From the NCBI GenBank assembly GCA_964393205.1, contig CAYMSV010000001.1, positions 173,764 to 237,763 of the forward strand: a stretch of DNA of 64,000 bases, in the 5' to 3' direction. The position numbers and the translations under genes are program-made. Origin of the DNA: an uncultured Pseudomonadales bacterium (GTDB lineage Bacteria; Patescibacteriota; Microgenomatia; UBA1400; PJMF01). This document shows positions 9,907 to 18,688 of the stretch, piece by piece; the stretch's first letter is position 1; each line of letters opens with the position of its first letter. The notes below the pieces were generated by a model. It ran no database searches, had not been told where the DNA came from, and worked only from the letters and a program-made list of their open reading frames with translations.

Positions 9907-11316
9907 TTAAGACTGTTTGATACTCTCCAATAATTGATTGAATTCGGTCATAATTTCTTTTACAGCAATTTTTTGAGGATTGTCGGCTGGACCAATAATT
10001 AATTCTGGAAAATCTACGTCTGATTTGTCAAAAGGCTTTTTAAAAGTAAATGGTAGAAACATTAATTTTTTGGGATCGAAAGGTTTTTGTACTAAAAAGG
10101 AAATAAATTCACGAGTAACAGCCTTAACCCAAGTCACTCCTTTTCTTTCTTTTGCTAAGTCTTGTTCTGCAAGATGACGATGCCCTCCCCAAATCTGAAT
10201 ATTGTTTTCAATAAATTTTCTACTTTTTTCCTCATCCCAGGTAAATTGTTCTTGAGTATATAGCACTAGTTTGTCTTGAATTAATTCTGGCCAATGTGTA
10301 TAAACTACCGTTTTAACGCCCTGTAAACAGTCATCAAGCATAATTTTAATTAATTCTTTTTGTTTTTGTTCTTCTAGTTGCTGACAACTAATAATCTCTG
10401 AATAAACGGGTGAATTTTTAGTGATTTCTAATTCATTTAAAGCAATTAATAGGTCTTCTTTAGTGCCACCTCTTTCAACTAAATTATCTAAAAAGACCGC
10501 TTGACTAGTTGTTTTACCAGACTCATCAGTCAGATAGCGTCCTACTTGAGATCCGAAGGTTAGTTTTTCCAAATACCATTTTTGTAATGGATGGATAGCT
10601 AGGTGTGGGTTCTCTAAAATATTTCTGTAAGTGTTCCAAGCTTGAACAATATTGTCCCAAGAATAGCCTTTTTTTAATGCAGAAACCAGTTCTTCGAATG
10701 TTTGATTGTCGAGAGTTGAATAAATTTTTGCCATTTGGTCATAATCTTTTTTTTCAACATTCGTGAAGTCATAGTGATTACCAACTAAATTTAATACTGT
10801 GAGAGGATTTTGTTCGTTTGGATTGTTGAGTTGTAGTTTGTTTTGTAAATTTTTTAAAGTTTTTTCTAAAGTACTAAATGCACTAAAAGTATTGGACGCC
10901 TCTGTGCTTATAATTGTGTCTCCCAGGGAAATAAAGAGACCTCCATCGGAAATATTTTTTTCAGCTTCTTCAATAGCTCGGCGAAAACTAAATCTAGCGA
11001 TCGCATCGATCAAGCGAATTCGATTACGAACCGGTGTAATATTAGCAAGCAATCTTCTTTTATAAGAAGCTAAGCCATCAACTTTTTCTAGAGATGATTG
11101 TGATGCCGTAATATGGGGATCAGCAAGAGCAGCAATATTGGGCATTTTTTTAACACGAATTGATAGTTCTTTTTGAAAAGGAGAAATTAAAAACTCTGGG
11201 CGATGTTCAATCGGATTGTTTTCTTGATCTGTAGTTGTTAGTAAACAATCTTTAAAAGACTTATTTGATTTTTCTTCCGTTGCTATTGCTTGTTCTGATT
11301 TATTGATTGTATTCAT
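9907..11316 (-). CDS. calcineurin-like metallophosphoesterase with large insertions
   Basis: Ordered motifs DPH, GD(TII), GNH(YD) and GHRH. Confidence 0.6.
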   Translation of the reverse strand: MNTINKSEQAIATEEKSNKSFKDCLLTTTDQENNPIEHRPEFLISPFQKELSIRVKKMPNIAALADPHITASQSSLEKVDGLASYKRRLLANITPVRNRIRLIDAIARFSFRRAIEEAEKNISDGGLFISLGDTIISTEASNTFSAFSTLEKTLKNLQNKLQLNNPNEQNPLTVLNLVGNHYDFTNVEKKDYDQMAKIYSTLDNQTFEELVSALKKGYSWDNIVQAWNTYRNILENPHLAIHPLQKWYLEKLTFGSQVGRYLTDESGKTTSQAVFLDNLVERGGTKEDLLIALNELEITKNSPVYSEIISCQQLEEQKQKELIKIMLDDCLQGVKTVVYTHWPELIQDKLVLYTQEQFTWDEEKSRKFIENNIQIWGGHRHLAEQDLAKERKGVTWVKAVTREFISFLVQKPFDPKKLMFLPFTFKKPFDKSDVDFPELIIGPADNPQKIAVKEIMTEFNQLLESIKQS

Positions 11317-11361
11317 TTTTTATAGAAAAATATTTGTCTAAATTAAATATTTAAAATTATG

Positions 11362-11432
11362 ATGCCCGACTAGGATTCGAACCTAGATTGAAAGCTTCAA
11401 AGGCTTCTGTCCTGCCATTAGACGATCGGGCA
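11362..11432 (-). tRNA. tRNA-Gln(UUG)
   Basis: Cloverleaf with U1-A72, anticodon loop CUUUGAA and a GTTCGAAT T-loop. Confidence 0.85.
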
Positions 11433-11462
11433 ATGTTAATAAGATGTTATTATAATTCTTTA

Positions 11463-12278
11463 CTAATCTTTTTTCAAAACAAAATATTGATTCAACTGAG
11501 CAGATTTGCCATCAGCAAAAAATGTTTTAATGATTTTGTAGCCACTTTTTTGCGAAAGAGATAAGCTTTCTTTTTCATTAATAAAATGACAATAGCGAAT
11601 AGCAGGTTTTATTAATTCTTTTTCTTTGCTTTTTCGCCAATCTAAGAAAAAATCATTTTTTTCTAATTTTTTTAATAGTGTTTTTAATCGCAATTTTTGA
11701 AAAATATTTAATTTTTGATTTTTTTTAATTTTTTGCCAGTTTAAAATATTTTTTTGAAAGCGCTGATCGTTAGCAAACTGCCAGTTACTAATTATTAATA
11801 AACCATCTTGTGTCAGTAAATTTTTTAAATTTTTTAAAAATTTTAGACGCAATTCATGACTTGGTAGATGATGAGTTAAACCAAAGGCCACAATTAGATC
11901 AAATTTTTCATCAACTGGCCAAATTATTTTTTTATTGTCTAAATAATTATCAATTAAATCGAAGTTAAATAATTTACTAGTAATATTTTCTTTATTGAGT
12001 GTTTCTTGAGCAATATCAATTAGTTTCTGAGAATTATCTAAGGCAAAGTAGTCAAAATCAAATTTTTCTTTTTGTAAAAATTGAGCAAAACGAGCGTTGC
12101 CGCAAGCTATATCTAAAACCTTAATTTTTTTAGATTTTTTTAGATTTTTTTCAAGAAACTTTGGAATTTTCTGCCAACCTTGCCACGAGTATTGTCGACT
12201 ATCACTAAAATCATCAGCCACAATTTGATAAAAGTTTTTATTAAGCTGATTTAATTGTTTAATGGTTTTTTTTTGCAC
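11463..12278 (-). CDS. Trm9/ALKBH8-type SAM-dependent methyltransferase
   Basis: FSDSRQYSW...FL (Trm9 FSxTRxxxW), LDIACGNARF (Trm9 motif I, LDVGCGNGKY), HH and LIISNWQ (Trm9 LIYxWAxEQ). Confidence 0.7.
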   Translation of the reverse strand: MQKKTIKQLNQLNKNFYQIVADDFSDSRQYSWQGWQKIPKFLEKNLKKSKKIKVLDIACGNARFAQFLQKEKFDFDYFALDNSQKLIDIAQETLNKENITSKLFNFDLIDNYLDNKKIIWPVDEKFDLIVAFGLTHHLPSHELRLKFLKNLKNLLTQDGLLIISNWQFANDQRFQKNILNWQKIKKNQKLNIFQKLRLKTLLKKLEKNDFFLDWRKSKEKELIKPAIRYCHFINEKESLSLSQKSGYKIIKTFFADGKSAQLNQYFVLKKD

Positions 12279-12329
12279 GCTGCCCTATTTTAGCAAATAA
12301 AAGCTAATTAAAGGTATAATAAAGCTTCG

Positions 12330-14138
12330 ATGAAAAAACAGTTAGAACAAAAAAGTTTATTTCAACTTGTTGAGCTTTTGCGAAACAATTTAGACTTACC
12401 GTGGCCCAAGTTACTATCTTTGATTAAAAAACACCCCAAAGAAGACGGTGGTTTTTTTAGTAAAACTGAAATTATTGAGGCTCATCGTCAACTATATCCA
12501 GATGAACCCTATGCTGCTTTAGTAAAAAAACTAAGATTAAAGCCAACTCGCAGCGCTTCTGGAGTGGCACCAGTAACCATTTTAACTAAACCCTATCCTT
12601 GTCCTGGAAAATGTTTATTTTGTCCAAATGATTTGCGCATGCCCAAAAGTTATTTAGCAGAAGAGCCCGGTGCACAACGAGCAGAAAAAAATTACTTTGA
12701 TCCTTACTTACAAGTCATGAGTCGTTTAAATGCTTTGATGGATATGGGTCATAGGATAGACAAAGTGGAATTGATTGTTTTGGGTGGCACCTGGACTAAT
12801 TATCCAGAAAATTACCGACTCTGGTTTATTCAACAGTCCTTCAAGGCACTTAATGATTTTGGCAAGCGTGATCAGTCAGAGAAAATTCGCCAAAGATATA
12901 AACAAGCCTTAGCAAAGTTAGATCAACCATATATGAGTAGTGAAGCTAAAGAAAACTTAGCTATTTTAGAAGGATTGAATTTAGATGAGCAAGCACTTAG
13001 ACAAAATTATAATCAACTAATTACACAACATTATTTATTGCCAGAAAAAAAAGCTGGAATTGATCGTTGGCAACAGGCTAGTTTTAGCCAATTATCACGA
13101 GCACATAAGAAAAATGAAACAGCACTGGCTCGTTGCATAGGTTTGGTACTGGAAACTAGACCAGACGAAATTAATCAGGATAGCGCGCTTGAACTGCGCA
13201 AGCTTGGTGCTACCAAAATTCAGTTGGGGGTGCAAACACTGGATGACAAAATTTTAAAACTTAACTATCGAGGTCATGGTGTAGCAGAAACCATACAAGC
13301 TTTTAAAATATTGCGTGAACTAGGTTTTAAAATTCATGTGCATTGGATGGCTAATTTATATGGTAGCAGCGTTTCTAAAGACCAAGCAGATTTTGCCAAG
13401 CTTTTTGCAGATGATAGTTTTAGGCCTGATGAGTTAAAAATTTACCCTTGCTCCTTGATTGCTAGTGCACCACTAATGCAGTATTACCAGGAAGGTAAAT
13501 GGCAACCCTATTCTTATGAAGAACTGCTACAAGTTACCACTTTTACTCTAAAAAATACACCTGCTTATTGTCGTATTACTCGGATGTTGAGAGATATTCC
13601 GGCTCAAGATATTGTAAGCGGTAATATTAAAAGTAATTTTCGCCAAATTGCTGAAGCTCAAGTTAAAAAAGAAGGAATTAAAATTAAGGAAATACGTTCT
13701 AGAGAAATACGACGTCAAGAATTTGATCCAGAAAAAATCAAGTTGAGTAAGATTAAGTACCAAACTCAATTAAGTGTTGAATATTTTTTACAATTCACTG
13801 TACCTGTTAAAGGTGGTGAAGAAAAAATTCTCGGATTTTTGCGCCTTAGTTTGCCTAAGAAAAAAAATCATTGGTGGAAAGAACTCAGCAACAGCGCCAT
13901 GATTCGTGAGATTCACGTTTATGGTCAAGCTTTAGCTCTTGGAGCTGAGGCCAAAGGTCGGGCTCAACACTTAGGACTAGGCACCCGCTTGATTGAAGAA
14001 GCTAAAACAATTAGTCAGCGATCTGGATTTGAAAAATTAGCGGTGATTTCGGCTATTGGAACAAAAGAATATTATCGAAGTCGAGGTTTCAGCGACGGCG
14101 ATTTATATCAATTTTTATCTTTATTAGAAAAAAATTAA
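12330..14138 (+). CDS. elp3: Elp3-family radical-SAM/GNAT protein (elongator protein 3 homolog, tRNA U34 carboxymethyl synthase-like)
   Basis: KPTRSASGVAPVTILTKPYPCPGKCLFCPN radical-SAM N-terminal region collinear with Elp3; C-terminal GNAT region (VYGQALALG...ISAIGTKEYYRSRGF). Confidence 0.8.
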   Translation: MKKQLEQKSLFQLVELLRNNLDLPWPKLLSLIKKHPKEDGGFFSKTEIIEAHRQLYPDEPYAALVKKLRLKPTRSASGVAPVTILTKPYPCPGKCLFCPNDLRMPKSYLAEEPGAQRAEKNYFDPYLQVMSRLNALMDMGHRIDKVELIVLGGTWTNYPENYRLWFIQQSFKALNDFGKRDQSEKIRQRYKQALAKLDQPYMSSEAKENLAILEGLNLDEQALRQNYNQLITQHYLLPEKKAGIDRWQQASFSQLSRAHKKNETALARCIGLVLETRPDEINQDSALELRKLGATKIQLGVQTLDDKILKLNYRGHGVAETIQAFKILRELGFKIHVHWMANLYGSSVSKDQADFAKLFADDSFRPDELKIYPCSLIASAPLMQYYQEGKWQPYSYEELLQVTTFTLKNTPAYCRITRMLRDIPAQDIVSGNIKSNFRQIAEAQVKKEGIKIKEIRSREIRRQEFDPEKIKLSKIKYQTQLSVEYFLQFTVPVKGGEEKILGFLRLSLPKKKNHWWKELSNSAMIREIHVYGQALALGAEAKGRAQHLGLGTRLIEEAKTISQRSGFEKLAVISAIGTKEYYRSRGFSDGDLYQFLSLLEKN

Positions 14139-14470
14139 TTCTCCTCGTCTATTTCTAAACGTTCACGAGTGTAGATGATTTTGCGCTTTACTACTTCTTC
14201 AATGTCAATATTTAATTCGTTCCCCAAAAGGATTAAAGAACCAAAAACATCAGCAAATTCATCCTCTAGGTTTTTTCTTGAAAAGTTAGCAATTTTTGAA
14301 TTGCGCTGTAAATTCATGCTGGTTAAAATTTCGTCAGACAATTCTCCCAATTCTTCAACAATTTTCATGGTTCTGGCAAAAATTCGCTGATTTTCATCTT
14401 TCAGAGGCCAGCGTTCATTTAAAAATTTACCAATTTTTTGATATTCAGTGATGATTTTTTTCAATTGCAT
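14135..14470 (-). CDS. MazG-like nucleotide pyrophosphohydrolase domain protein
   Basis: EELGELSDE...EFADVFGSLILL, the MazG EExxE/D pattern; 111 aa. Confidence 0.6.
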   Translation of the reverse strand: MQLKKIITEYQKIGKFLNERWPLKDENQRIFARTMKIVEELGELSDEILTSMNLQRNSKIANFSRKNLEDEFADVFGSLILLGNELNIDIEEVVKRKIIYTRERLEIDEEN

Positions 14471-14484
14471 AACTGGTTATTATA

Positions 14485-15996
14485 TCATTGATCGGCTTTC
14501 AATCGAAAATATGCAGAACCAATACCAGGCAGGATTGATTTTTGCTCAATTTTTTGATTAGTGATAGCTAAAGCCTCAATACTTTGCTGATGAAAAACAA
14601 CAGGTAGAAGAAAAGCTTGTTTATTAAATAATGAATATTTCTTACTAAGTTTTTCTAATAATTTTTGATTAAGTTTAAGCATTTGATTAATGGTGTATAA
14701 CTCATCATCATCAAGATAAAGATGTAGTTTAAGACATAAAAAACAGTGCTGACAATTTTTTTGTTCATTGTTTTTAGTTTTTAGATTAATTTGATCAGTG
14801 AAATATTCCTTAATTAAATTTTCTAAACAGTTTTTGCTTAAAGCATATTTTTTCATGCTTAATAATTTAGTAATTTCAATTGCTCGGCGGGGATGTTTAA
14901 GATTACTTTGATAGCTTTTGTCTAACAACCCCTTTTGAATAGCTAGATCTGTAGAATTGTAGAGTAAATAACAATAGCTAGTTTGATGATCGCGACCTGC
15001 CCTACCCGCTTCCTGATAATAATTTTCTAAATTAGCAGGCACCTGATAGTGAACCACTAAATGAACATCAGCCTTATCTACCCCCATGCCAAAAGCATTG
15101 GTAGCGATAATAATTTGTAATTGGCCAGTTAAAAATTGCTCTTGAGTTAGTTGGCGCGCTGCCTGATCCATGCCAGCGTGATAATAAGCGACAGCTAGTT
15201 TTGGATTAAGTAATTTTAGTAGGGCGCATAGTTTTTCACAGGCTGCGCGCGCACTACAATAAATAACGGCATTTTTATCTTGATGCATTTTTAAAATTTT
15301 GATTAAATAAATATTTTTTTCTGCTTCGCTATGACAAATTAAATTATGAAAAATGAGGTTCTCTCTCAAAAAACTGGAACTAAATTCTTGGCAGTCTTTT
15401 AAATTTAAAAATTGTTTAATTTCTTTTTTAACCAATGGAGTGGCTGTAGCGGTGAAAGCACTAATAACAATTTTTTCTTGTTTTTTTTGAATTTTTTTTA
15501 AAAAATCTGGAATTTTTTTATAAGCTGGCCGGAATTGATGGGCCCACATACTGATGCAGTGAGCTTCATCAACACAAAGCATAGATATTTTAATTTGCTG
15601 ACAAAGTTTGATAATAGCAGGATTATTGAGGCGCTCTGGAGCTAAATATAAAAATTTATATTGATTGTTGGCTAATTCTTTTAATCTTTTTTCAATTGTC
15701 TTTTTTTCTAGCTGACTGTTAATAAAGGTGGCCTTAATATTTTTAGCTAATAAATGATCAACTTGATCTTTCATCAAAGAAATTAAGGGAGAGATAATAA
15801 TACTTAGGCCGTCAAAAATTAGAGCGGGCACCTGAAAACAAATGGACTTTCCTCCCCCAGTTGGCAATATGGCCAAAGTTTCTTTTTTCTTCAAGATCGA
15901 TAAAACAATTTCTAATTGACCTGGTCGAAAATTTTCAAAGCCAAAATGTTGCTTGAGGGTGTTTTTTGCCAATTTGGATAAGTGTTGATCACTCAC
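14485..15996 (-). CDS. recQ: RecQ-family ATP-dependent DNA helicase
   Basis: LPTGGGKS Walker A; DEAH box (DEAHCISMW); RecQ helicase core order. Confidence 0.85.
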   Translation of the reverse strand: MSDQHLSKLAKNTLKQHFGFENFRPGQLEIVLSILKKKETLAILPTGGGKSICFQVPALIFDGLSIIISPLISLMKDQVDHLLAKNIKATFINSQLEKKTIEKRLKELANNQYKFLYLAPERLNNPAIIKLCQQIKISMLCVDEAHCISMWAHQFRPAYKKIPDFLKKIQKKQEKIVISAFTATATPLVKKEIKQFLNLKDCQEFSSSFLRENLIFHNLICHSEAEKNIYLIKILKMHQDKNAVIYCSARAACEKLCALLKLLNPKLAVAYYHAGMDQAARQLTQEQFLTGQLQIIIATNAFGMGVDKADVHLVVHYQVPANLENYYQEAGRAGRDHQTSYCYLLYNSTDLAIQKGLLDKSYQSNLKHPRRAIEITKLLSMKKYALSKNCLENLIKEYFTDQINLKTKNNEQKNCQHCFLCLKLHLYLDDDELYTINQMLKLNQKLLEKLSKKYSLFNKQAFLLPVVFHQQSIEALAITNQKIEQKSILPGIGSAYFRLKADQ

Positions 15997-16080
15997 TTAA
16001 TTATTATTAGTAATAAAAATGACAAGAGTGACAACAGAATTGAGTCTAGAATTTAAATGAGATTTATTTAGTGAAAATTA

Positions 16081-16713
16081 CTAAATTTTATCTTTATGAT
16101 TTCTTTGGAAATAAAATTTTAAAGTAAGAATGGAACCAATTAATATTCCCAGTAAATTAAGTAATAAAACTAGAGAGTGTTTAATAGCAATATCATATTG
16201 ATTGAAAACTAAGCCTGCTGCGAGACTTGCAATAGGAGGAACTAAAGAAATAGAGATAGAAACGCCAGCACTAGTGTTGGGTATTTTTGGCCAAATCCAT
16301 AATAAAGTGCCAACCACTCCCATTAAAACAGCCACGCCAAAAGTATCAAGCAAAGTAATGTTTGGTAATAAATAATCAAAAGTTTCTAGTTGATTGGAGA
16401 ATTTTAATAAAAACCAGAAAATAAGACTACTGAGAATAGAAATAGTCAAGCTTATTAATAAAGATTTTAAGGATTTAAGCCAAGCTTTATAATTTTTTGA
16501 AACTAAAAAAACTGCACTAGAAATAACAGGGTTAAACAGAGGTGAAATCAGCATTGAGCCAATAAGAATGTATATGTTATTTAATTTGACGCCAAAAACA
16601 GCAATTAAACTAGAAATAATACTTAACAATATTAAATCTTGATCTAACTTAATTTTTTGCTTAGCTTTTTTTTCTAGAAAATGAATCTTAATGATGTTTT
16701 TGATTTTACTCAT
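16081..16713 (-). CDS. integral membrane protein (DUF389-like)
   Basis: 5-6 TM helices; no catalytic motif. Confidence 0.45.
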   Translation of the reverse strand: MSKIKNIIKIHFLEKKAKQKIKLDQDLILLSIISSLIAVFGVKLNNIYILIGSMLISPLFNPVISSAVFLVSKNYKAWLKSLKSLLISLTISILSSLIFWFLLKFSNQLETFDYLLPNITLLDTFGVAVLMGVVGTLLWIWPKIPNTSAGVSISISLVPPIASLAAGLVFNQYDIAIKHSLVLLLNLLGILIGSILTLKFYFQRNHKDKI

Positions 16714-16731
16714 AACAAGGTTTTTTAATTT

Positions 16732-16941
16732 TTAATTATTAGATTTATTGTTTTTTAACTCTTTTAGGGTTTTAATGATTTCTTCTAAAGGTATGCCAGC
16801 TTCTTTAGCATCTTCTATGGCTCTTTGAAATTTTTCTGCTTTTTCATCAAAGGAAAGATTTGTTGCGTTATTAATTTCTTTTAATTTACCTAAGTAATTT
16901 GTATCCTCAGCTTCATTGTCAATTGGCTTTTCAGCGCTCAT
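16732..16941 (-). CDS. hypothetical small protein
   Basis: 69-aa acidic ORF. Confidence 0.3.
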   Translation of the reverse strand: MSAEKPIDNEAEDTNYLGKLKEINNATNLSFDEKAEKFQRAIEDAKEAGIPLEEIIKTLKELKNNKSNN

Positions 16942-16974
16942 CTTATGCTTTCTTAAAAAATTGACTAAACTTTG

Positions 16975-17048
16975 TCGGGGAAACAGGACTCGAACCTGCG
17001 GCCTTACGGTCCCAAACCGTACGCTCTAGCCATCTGAGCTATTCCCCG
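16975..17048 (-). tRNA. tRNA-Pro(UGG)
   Basis: Cloverleaf; anticodon loop UUUGGGA; GGTTCGAGTCC T-arm. Confidence 0.85.
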
Positions 17049-17079
17049 ATATCAGGTCAATACCTGTATTTTGTCTAAG

Positions 17080-17163
17080 TGCCGCGGGTGGGAATCGAAC
17101 CCACACACTATTGCTAGTACGAGATTTTAAGTCTCGCGCGTCTACCAATTCCGCCACCACGGC
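17080..17163 (-). tRNA. tRNA-Leu(UAA)
   Basis: Type II tRNA with a long variable arm; anticodon loop CUUAAAA. Confidence 0.85.
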
Positions 17164-17192
17164 GACTTTTAACCTTCAAATTATACCATTTT

Positions 17193-18680
17193 TTATTGGG
17201 TAAAAGACAAGAGCTGATAAACCTTGTAGATATCCCCTGCTCCAACCGTAATTGTAAGATCAAATTGATTTTCTTTTAAGTATTTGGCCAAGTGATTTAT
17301 GTCTGATAAATATAAAACTTTAACTTGAGGAAACTTATCACTGATTGCCTGAACTAATTTTTGACTACTAACAGAATCATCCAACTTTTCTCTGGCTGAA
17401 GCAAAAATATCCAAAATAATAAGTTGGTCTTGATTGCTAATATTGCTGCCCAGAGCATCTACAAAATCTTTAAACATGGATTTAGTACGACTATAGGTAT
17501 GAGGTTGAAAGGCGATTAATTTTTTGTTTTCAGGAAAGTATTGGTTTAAGGTACGAATTACTTCGCTAATTTCACTTGGATGGTGAGCATAATCATCAAA
17601 GAAAAGTTGATTGCTTTTTAGATGAACCAATTCAAAGCGACGTTTAGTTGACTGAAATTGACAGAGCTTTTGACAAATATTGGGAAGACTTATTTTTAAT
17701 TCAGATAAAGCAGCTATAGCCGCAAGAGCATTCATGAGATTGAATTGGCCTGGCACTTTTAGCCTAAGTTGACAGTGATCTTGTTTATCTTCTAGTTCTT
17801 GATTAATTTCTGCTAGGTTTTGGCCATTTTTTATTTGCCAGTTGTCAAAAGAATAGTTTGCTGGTCCTTGCCAAGAAAAACTAATAATTTTTAAGTCTTC
17901 TCGAACTTTTTTGACTTCTTCACTTAATGCTACTAGCTCAGGATTATCAGCATTAATAATCAAGGAGCCGTTTTTTTTAATTTGTAAAAAAAAGTTTTTA
18001 AATGTTTCTTTAGTAGCATCAAAGTTTGGATAAACATCTGGATGATCATATTTTAGATTGGTGCAAACAAGAATTGAGGGTTGTAAAAAGCTAAAACGTG
18101 GAATCATTTTTTCACCCTTTTTAATGGCATTAGCATCAACAGCATATTCATCAGCCTCAGCAATAAAATATTCTGCATCGCTCTTCCACGAACCAGTAGC
18201 TTTCAAACCAATAATTTCTCCTACTCCAACCGAAAAAGAGATGGGGATATTTAATTTTTCAAGCACCCAAACCAACATAGCACTGGTACTGCTTTTGCCA
18301 CCAACACCACAGACAGCAATACCTTTTTTTTGGTTAAATAAGTCTGCTAGTGCTTCTGCTTGTGAGTAAACAGGAATTTGAGCTTGGATAGCAGCTTGGA
18401 CCTGTGGGTTATCAACACCCTGATGGGCAGCAGTATAAATTAGACAATCGATTTTCTTATTAGACTCTTTTTGTAAAAAATTTTCATCAAAATTTTCAAC
18501 ACAGATGTTTTTTTCAGTTAGAATTTTAGCAGTGACAAAATCTTCATCAAGATCGCTGCCACACACAGTTTTACCAGCATCAATTAAACATTGAGCTATA
18601 GAGGTCATTGCCACACCCTTAATTCCAACTAAATAAAAGTGCTGACAATCTAAAATTGAATTTTTTGAATTATTAGACAT
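17193..18680 (-). CDS. murC: UDP-N-acetylmuramate--L-alanine ligase
   Basis: HFxxIGxxGM N-terminal motif (HFYLVGIKGVAM), GVGGKSSTSAM P-loop, AEADEY. Confidence 0.8.
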   Translation of the reverse strand: MSNNSKNSILDCQHFYLVGIKGVAMTSIAQCLIDAGKTVCGSDLDEDFVTAKILTEKNICVENFDENFLQKESNKKIDCLIYTAAHQGVDNPQVQAAIQAQIPVYSQAEALADLFNQKKGIAVCGVGGKSSTSAMLVWVLEKLNIPISFSVGVGEIIGLKATGSWKSDAEYFIAEADEYAVDANAIKKGEKMIPRFSFLQPSILVCTNLKYDHPDVYPNFDATKETFKNFFLQIKKNGSLIINADNPELVALSEEVKKVREDLKIISFSWQGPANYSFDNWQIKNGQNLAEINQELEDKQDHCQLRLKVPGQFNLMNALAAIAALSELKISLPNICQKLCQFQSTKRRFELVHLKSNQLFFDDYAHHPSEISEVIRTLNQYFPENKKLIAFQPHTYSRTKSMFKDFVDALGSNISNQDQLIILDIFASAREKLDDSVSSQKLVQAISDKFPQVKVLYLSDINHLAKYLKENQFDLTITVGAGDIYKVYQLLSFTQ

Positions 18681-18688
18681 AGGCTAAC

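Noticed and set aside
9980-11065. ORFs 9980-10177 (+) and 10799-11065 (+) inside the metallophosphoesterase gene
   Set aside because: Antisense to a gene whose metallophosphoesterase motifs are in order; no RBS.
13548-14390. ORFs 13548-13769 (-) and 14175-14390 (+)
   Set aside because: Antisense to the Elp3 and MazG-like genes respectively.
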